A DNA stretch of 64,000 nucleotides from an uncultured SAR116 cluster alpha proteobacterium (GTDB lineage: Bacteria > Pseudomonadota > Alphaproteobacteria > Puniceispirillales > Marisalimonadaceae), in NCBI GenBank assembly GCA_902590245.1, contig CACIWG010000001.1, positions 1,747 to 65,746 of the forward strand. The letters are read 5' to 3'. A program made the translations under genes and the position numbers. Under the pieces are notes generated by a model. The model was not told where the DNA came from, made no database searches, and worked only from the letters and a program-made list of their open reading frames with translations. Positions 58,829 through 64,000 of this stretch are shown here, piece after piece; position 1 is the stretch's first letter; each line of letters starts with the position of its first letter.

Positions 58829-60244
58829 CTAAAGACCTTTTCTGAACACATATGTTTTATTTAAATCATTTACTTTATATTCATTTATAGAGCCATCAGT
58901 CCATTTAATTATAATATTTTTTATGATCTCATTTTTCCTAAAGCCATAGTGAGCAACAGGTTCCATTTGGCATAAATATCCTGAGCCAGCATCAATAGTT
59001 TTTGCATGTTTTCTTTTGTTCGTTACAAGAATTACAGTTGCTCCTCTAGCAGGTGCTCCATATGTAGTTTTAGGAGCTATCCTAAGAAATTTTTTATTCT
59101 TAATATTTGATTTAAATAATGACAAAGGTTGTGGCCCAGATTCTCCATGTGAAATTAATAATTCTAAAATACCATCATTATCAATGTCAGCTACAGCCGC
59201 GCCAGTACCTAAGCCGTTTTTTTCCAAAGCATTTGAAATTTTCATTTGAGTAATCTTACCATTTTCTAAAATTTTAAAAAGCTTATTAGGCTCTCCTATA
59301 TTATTCATAAAAATTTCATCGTAACCATCATTATCAAAATCAGCTGATATTATTGTTCGAATTCGAGATGGTTTTCTAAATTCTTTACTGGCCATATCAT
59401 TGAAAGTAGTTTCATTATTAACAAAAATTCTATGAAAACCTTCCCAATTACCATTTATTATGTCTAAACTCCCCCTATATAAAAAATCTGATAAAGTCGT
59501 TCCTCTACCATTTTGCAAAACATCATCAGTATTATATTCAGTAGATACATTATAAAATTGATCTTTCTCATTTAAGTATAAAAAATTTGGCCCTCTCTCA
59601 TTTGCAGCAAATATGTCCATTTTATTACTTAAAATATGACCAGCTACTACAGCCCTTCCCCCAGTGATTTTATCAATTTTTAAATCTGGAGCTATGTCAC
59701 GAATTAAATCATTATTTAGTTCGTAAAATCGTGTTGGGCCACCATAATTGGCAACGTAGAACCCATATTTGCCATCGCCTTTTCTATCAACACAGACGAC
59801 CGAACGCCCTGCAGTTAAATTCAAATTCTTTTGGTTTTTTGGTAATTCAAATAAATCAGTTATATCTTTATTAAAATTTAACAAACGATCAGAATATTTT
59901 TTTTCTCCGCTATATGTGTCAGTATTTAAGAAATATACCTCTTCCATTCCATCTTGATCTATGTCACAAGAGGCAACTCCAATAGTGGACCTTTTTTGAT
60001 CAGAAAAAATTGAATTATTGATTAAATTTTTTAAAAATCCATCTTTAAATCCTAATGCTAAATTTGGATATCTAAAACCTGCAACTATAAATTCGAACTT
60101 ATTATCATTATTGATATCAGCAACTGAAACGCCATAACTCAACCTATCAGAATTATTTTCAATTAAATTAGTAATATTTTTGAAAAAATCACTCATAGCC
60201 ATTTTTGAAGTTAGAATTAATATAGATATTATGATGTATTTCAT
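58829..60244 (-). CDS. Secreted FG-GAP/VCBS-repeat protein with C-terminal ASPIC/UnbV domain (CRTAC1-like)
   Basis: 471 aa with repeated D.DNDG/D.DQDG Ca-binding-like motifs. The C-terminus GATVILV...DAGSGYLCQMEPVAHYGF...IIIKWTDGS is typical of UnbV_ASPIC. Confidence 0.8.
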   Translation of the reverse strand: MKYIIISILILTSKMAMSDFFKNITNLIENNSDRLSYGVSVADINNDNKFEFIVAGFRYPNLALGFKDGFLKNLINNSIFSDQKRSTIGVASCDIDQDGMEEVYFLNTDTYSGEKKYSDRLLNFNKDITDLFELPKNQKNLNLTAGRSVVCVDRKGDGKYGFYVANYGGPTRFYELNNDLIRDIAPDLKIDKITGGRAVVAGHILSNKMDIFAANERGPNFLYLNEKDQFYNVSTEYNTDDVLQNGRGTTLSDFLYRGSLDIINGNWEGFHRIFVNNETTFNDMASKEFRKPSRIRTIISADFDNDGYDEIFMNNIGEPNKLFKILENGKITQMKISNALEKNGLGTGAAVADIDNDGILELLISHGESGPQPLSLFKSNIKNKKFLRIAPKTTYGAPARGATVILVTNKRKHAKTIDAGSGYLCQMEPVAHYGFRKNEIIKNIIIKWTDGSINEYKVNDLNKTYVFRKGL

Positions 60245-60430
60245 AATTAATAACTAAAGCTATTTTTTTTTTATTCAATACATCAATTAAAAGATATTTT
60301 ATCAGGAACCAAATTAACTATCCATAATACTAATACTGGAAATTTATTATTAAAAAATAATTTCTATTTAACTAAATAAATAATTGAATTTATTGCTTTA
60401 TTTTTTTTAAATGATTCTTTTGTTTGACTC

Positions 60431-60444
60431 CGAAAGCGTTTTCG
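60431..60444. promoter_or_regulatory. Candidate LacI-family operator (imperfect palindrome centred on CG)
   Basis: CGAAAG-CG-TTTTCG, 5/6 symmetric half-sites, ~17 bp upstream of the lacI-family ATG. Lies between TTGACT (60424-60429) and GAAAAT (60447-60452). Confidence 0.45.
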
Positions 60445-60460
60445 TTGAAAATTTATATTG

Positions 60461-61492
60461 ATGTCAAATTCATCGCTTAAATCAATCGCAGAAAAACTTA
60501 GTTTGTCTGAGTCAACTGTCTCACGTGCTCTGAATAATTATAAGGATATTTCACAAAGCACTAAAAAGTTAGTTAATGAGACTGTAGTTAAGTTAGGATA
60601 TCAGCCAAATATTTTTGCTCGAAGACTAGCATCTGGAAATCCTGAGTGTTTGGGTTTTGTTATCCCATGGCGTGATGGTCAACTAAATGATCCATTTTTA
60701 GGTGAACTTATGTCAGGAATGTCAACTGCTTTAACAAAAATTGGATGGGATCTTACCGTGCTTGTTGCAAAAAGTTTTGAAAATGAAGTTGAACTTTTTA
60801 AAAAATTATCCATGTCTAAAAATTTAAGTGGATTAATTATATCTCGAACACTCAGAAATGATAAGAGATTTAAAATATTAACAGATTTGAAAATTCCTTT
60901 TGTTGCTCATGGAAGATCTATTAATTGCAGTACTTCATCATGGCTAGATGTAGATAACGAAAGTGCATTTTTTAATATGACAAAACATTTTGTTTCATTA
61001 GGTCATAAAAAAATTGCTCATATATGTGGTCCAAATGTTTATAATTTTTCTATACAAAGAATTGAAGGATGGAAAAAAGCCCTTTTAGAATCTGGTATAC
61101 AGATTAAAAGTGAATTTTTACAAGTTGCAGATTTAAGCTTTGATGGTGGTAAAATAGCTATGGATCAGCTTTTAAAGTTAAAAGACTTACCCACAGCTGT
61201 TAGTTGTGTTTCCGATACAGTGGCTATGGGAGCTATGCAATCAATGAGAAACCATAATTTGTCTCCTGGTAAAGAAATATCTTTAATGGGTTATGACGGA
61301 TTAGAATTAGGTGCCTGGATTGACCCTCCTCTTTCTACAATGACGCAACCAATACAAACTGTTGGAAAGAACCTTGCAGAAATGCTCGTTGATCTTGTAA
61401 ATGGCAAAAAAAAACCATCAGATCTTCAAAAGCTTGTTCGTGCTAATATTTTAAGAAGAGGAACTGATAATTCACCAATGACAACATATTAA
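60461..61492 (+). CDS. LacI-family transcriptional regulator
   Basis: HTH segment SLKSIAEKLSLSESTVSRALNN plus a periplasmic-binding-protein-like effector domain. Confidence 0.9.
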   Translation: MSNSSLKSIAEKLSLSESTVSRALNNYKDISQSTKKLVNETVVKLGYQPNIFARRLASGNPECLGFVIPWRDGQLNDPFLGELMSGMSTALTKIGWDLTVLVAKSFENEVELFKKLSMSKNLSGLIISRTLRNDKRFKILTDLKIPFVAHGRSINCSTSSWLDVDNESAFFNMTKHFVSLGHKKIAHICGPNVYNFSIQRIEGWKKALLESGIQIKSEFLQVADLSFDGGKIAMDQLLKLKDLPTAVSCVSDTVAMGAMQSMRNHNLSPGKEISLMGYDGLELGAWIDPPLSTMTQPIQTVGKNLAEMLVDLVNGKKKPSDLQKLVRANILRRGTDNSPMTTY

Positions 61493-61513
61493 AATTAAAA
61501 GGAGGAGTATAAT

Positions 61514-62857
61514 ATGAAAAAATTATTAAATTATCTAATCTACAGTTTGATCGTTACTTTTTTTGTAAGTAACGCGTCTGCTGAGACAATTAGATTTTGG
61601 ACTACTGAAGAACAGCCAGCCCGATTAGCAAAGCAACAAGCTATGGCTGCTGATTTCAAAAAGAGAACTGGACACTCTGTGGAGGTGATCCCAGTTTCTG
61701 AAAAAGACTTAGGTAAAAGAGCTACAGCAGCATTTGCGGCTGGTGATTTACCTGATGTTATCTATCACACCTTACAATATGTCTTACCTTGGTCAGAAGC
61801 TGGTATTTTAGATGTAGAAATTAATGATGACATTGTAAACTCGCTTCAAAAAAGTACATTTGCTCCAGGAGCAATTTCAATGGCTCAATTTAATGGAAAA
61901 ACAGCAGCAGTACCAGTTGATGGATGGACACAAATGGTCGTCTACAGAAAAGACCTTTTTGATAAAGCAGGTTTAGCTGCTCCAACAAGTTATGCAAATA
62001 TAGAAGCCGCAATTGAAAAATTACATAACCCGCCAAACATGTATGGTTTTGTTGCTGCTACAAAAGTTGACGAAAACTTTATGAGCCAGGTGTTAGAGCA
62101 TGTATTTCTAGCAAATGGAGTTTCTCCAGTAAACAAGAGTGGGTTTTCAAAATTAGATGAAAAAGCAACTTCAGAGGTTTTGAATTTTTATAAAAAAATA
62201 GCTAAAGCATCACCAGCTGGTGAACTTTACTGGAAACAATCTCGTGCAATATATTTTGCTGGAAAAGCTGCAATGATTATATGGTCTCCATTTATTTTAG
62301 ATGAGCTAGCTGGTTTAAGAAATTCAGCTCCTCCAACAATAAATGATGATCCTACATCAAAAGAACTAGCTCAAAAAACTGGTATAGTGACAACTTTTGG
62401 TGGACCCTCTAATCCATCAGGAGCTGCTTGGGCTGATATAAGATATTTTGGAGTTACTTCTGATGCTAATACTGATGTTGCTTCAGAATTTGTAAAATAC
62501 TCAATGAAAGATGGTTATACAGCTACACTTTCAATAGCACCTGAAGGTAAATTTCCAGTAAGAAGAGGCGAGCCATTAAACACATCAAAATATGTAAAAG
62601 CTTGGTCAAAATTGCCTGTTGGAGTTGATAGAAAAGCACCACTTTCAGAGTTGTACTCACCTTTAACTATTGATAAAATAGTTGCTGGACTTGAAACTGC
62701 TGATCGCTGGGGAGTTTCAGAAGGTCAACTGTCTTTAGCATCAAAAATTATTAACTCCCAAGTTATTAATCGTATTGTTCGTGAATATATTGACGATCAA
62801 ATTGATGTAAAAGCAGCAGTTGCAAAAATGAATAAAGAACTTTCATCAATTAAGTAA
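61514..62857 (+). CDS. Sugar ABC transporter substrate-binding protein (family 1)
   Basis: 447 aa with AAAGGAGG SD sequence, a signal peptide and SBP_bac_1-like features. Confidence 0.88.
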   Translation: MKKLLNYLIYSLIVTFFVSNASAETIRFWTTEEQPARLAKQQAMAADFKKRTGHSVEVIPVSEKDLGKRATAAFAAGDLPDVIYHTLQYVLPWSEAGILDVEINDDIVNSLQKSTFAPGAISMAQFNGKTAAVPVDGWTQMVVYRKDLFDKAGLAAPTSYANIEAAIEKLHNPPNMYGFVAATKVDENFMSQVLEHVFLANGVSPVNKSGFSKLDEKATSEVLNFYKKIAKASPAGELYWKQSRAIYFAGKAAMIIWSPFILDELAGLRNSAPPTINDDPTSKELAQKTGIVTTFGGPSNPSGAAWADIRYFGVTSDANTDVASEFVKYSMKDGYTATLSIAPEGKFPVRRGEPLNTSKYVKAWSKLPVGVDRKAPLSELYSPLTIDKIVAGLETADRWGVSEGQLSLASKIINSQVINRIVREYIDDQIDVKAAVAKMNKELSSIK

Positions 62858-62867
62858 CCATTAGATA

Positions 62868-62908
62868 ATTACAGACGGTACAAATGTATCGTCTGTAATT
62901 ATAATTTT
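62868..62908 (+). terminator. Hairpin (terminator/attenuator) between the sugar SBP and permease genes
   Basis: Perfect 10-bp stem ATTACAGACG / CGTCTGTAAT, extendable by several pairs, followed by TATAATTTT. Confidence 0.55.
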
Positions 62909-62928
62909 GATGCTTTAAATATTTTATA

Positions 62929-64000
62929 ATGAAAAAAAATGTTAAAAGAAAAGAGAGCATCTTATCAATAAGAGAAAAAAAACTTGCTTATTCTTTGATT
63001 TTACCAACAATAATTTTGGTTTTATCTATAGTTATTATTCCACTTTTAGCAAATTTTTGGATATCTTTTAAACCAATTTCACTAGGTGATTTAAGACCAC
63101 CTAAGCTTATTATAAAAGAAAGTGTAAGAAGTAAGTTATCACCTACAAATGACTTTGCAAAAATTCATTACAGATATAGAAATAGTTCATTAAAATATGA
63201 ATTAAATGAAGTCGCTTTTAGTGACATAATTCCAAAAGGTATAACTGTTACCAAAATTAAATCTAAACATGAATGTAAAATAGAAAAGAATGAAATAGTT
63301 TGTAAACTTGGAAAAATTAAACCTAAAGTTTTTGGCAAAATAATATTAACAATTACAAAAAATGAATTTTGGAATGATGATGACAATCCTGAATCTCAGA
63401 AACCTAAAGCATCGTATAAAAGTACTAACATTTTAACTTCATTAGAATTTACATTTGAGAATTTTAAAAAAATCTTTTCTGCAAGTGAATTTTGGGATGT
63501 ATTAAAAGTTTCCATCTACTATACTTTTTTTGGAACAGCTGGTGCATTATTAATTGGCTTATTCACGGCACAAATTGTAAATAAATCTTTTAAAGGTCGC
63601 CCATTTATAAGAGGTTTGCTTCTTTTTCCTTATGTATCACCCGTCATTGCAGTAGCATTTTCTTGGGTGATATTATTTGATCCATATTCTGGAATAGTTA
63701 ACTCCCTATTTATACAAATGGAAATTATTGAAAAACCAATTAACTTTTTTGGTCAAAAATATACTCCTATAAATATATTTGGATACGAATTTAATTTTCC
63801 TTTAGCTTTATCAATGGTTATAATATTTGAGATTTGGAGATATTTTCCATTATCATTTTTATTTATTCTGGCAAGGATACAATCAATACCACAAGATATA
63901 TATGAAGCAGCTGAAATTGATGGTGCTACTCCTTTACAACAATTTTATTATTTATCAATTCCATTTCTAATAGGAATAATAGCTGTTTTATTTTTACTTA
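62929..64000 (+). CDS. Sugar ABC transporter permease (MalF-like, with large periplasmic insert), 3'-truncated by the window edge
   Basis: Frame is open from ATG 62929 to the window end. Has a BPD_transp_1 core including the EAAEIDGATP motif. It is not in the ORF track because no stop is reached. Confidence 0.85.
   Translation, partial: MKKNVKRKESILSIREKKLAYSLILPTIILVLSIVIIPLLANFWISFKPISLGDLRPPKLIIKESVRSKLSPTNDFAKIHYRYRNSSLKYELNEVAFSDIIPKGITVTKIKSKHECKIEKNEIVCKLGKIKPKVFGKIILTITKNEFWNDDDNPESQKPKASYKSTNILTSLEFTFENFKKIFSASEFWDVLKVSIYYTFFGTAGALLIGLFTAQIVNKSFKGRPFIRGLLLFPYVSPVIAVAFSWVILFDPYSGIVNSLFIQMEIIEKPINFFGQKYTPINIFGYEFNFPLALSMVIIFEIWRYFPLSFLFILARIQSIPQDIYEAAEIDGATPLQQFYYLSIPFLIGIIAVLFLL

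Noticed and set aside
1-64000. CRISPR arrays, IS elements or transposases, toxin-antitoxin pairs, restriction-modification or other recognisable defence systems, and rRNA genes.
   Set aside because: I saw no regularly spaced short repeats, terminal inverted repeats, transposase- or integrase-like ORFs, or other such signatures. The only sizeable repeat is the cyclase block.

Overview
This is a very AT-rich, tightly packed chromosomal segment. Many gene pairs share ATGA/TAATG start-stop overlaps, and some convergent genes abut or overlap at their stop codons. That style fits a streamlined marine alphaproteobacterium (Pelagibacterales/SAR11-like); this is an inference from sequence style and gene content, with no database search. 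I found no rRNA, CRISPR array, transposase, integrase or phage genes. Contents in order: dhaL-dhaK; recQ; tRNA-Ser(UGA) beside an unusually long ~540 bp spacer; a conserved cell-envelope/housekeeping block (lytic transglycosylase, rlpA, DD-carboxypeptidase, tmk, holB, metG, tatD); several small catabolic clusters (amidohydrolases, Gfo/Idh/MocA, epoxide hydrolase, cyclase-family hydrolase, and a lactonase-like/SDR/IlvD-Edd dehydratase operon); a fused EgtB-EgtD ergothioneine-type gene; a VOC/crotonase/CoA-transferase/enolase-superfamily operon; a photolyase/cryptochrome; a minus-strand run zwf-pgl-edd followed by three class III nucleotidyl cyclases; a GsiABCD-like peptide ABC importer; and a LacI-regulated sugar ABC importer that runs off the window end. 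The most unusual observations are: (1) two 632-aa cyclase paralogs share a 1,069-bp block that reads as base-identical (23 nt of leader plus the first ~349 codons) and then drop abruptly to diverged sensor halves, and together they bracket a 7TM-DISM cyclase and an MBL-fold lipoprotein; (2) a single ORF fuses EgtB and EgtD in the order opposite to fungal Egt1; (3) a signal-peptide-less, orphan DctP-type TRAP binding protein sits inside a catabolic cluster; (4) several clearly conserved proteins (tmk, the MATE pump, EgtB-EgtD) and one long stop-free intergenic frame have no ATG/GTG/TTG at a plausible N-terminus. All functional calls rest on motifs I recognised by eye and are family-level unless stated otherwise.
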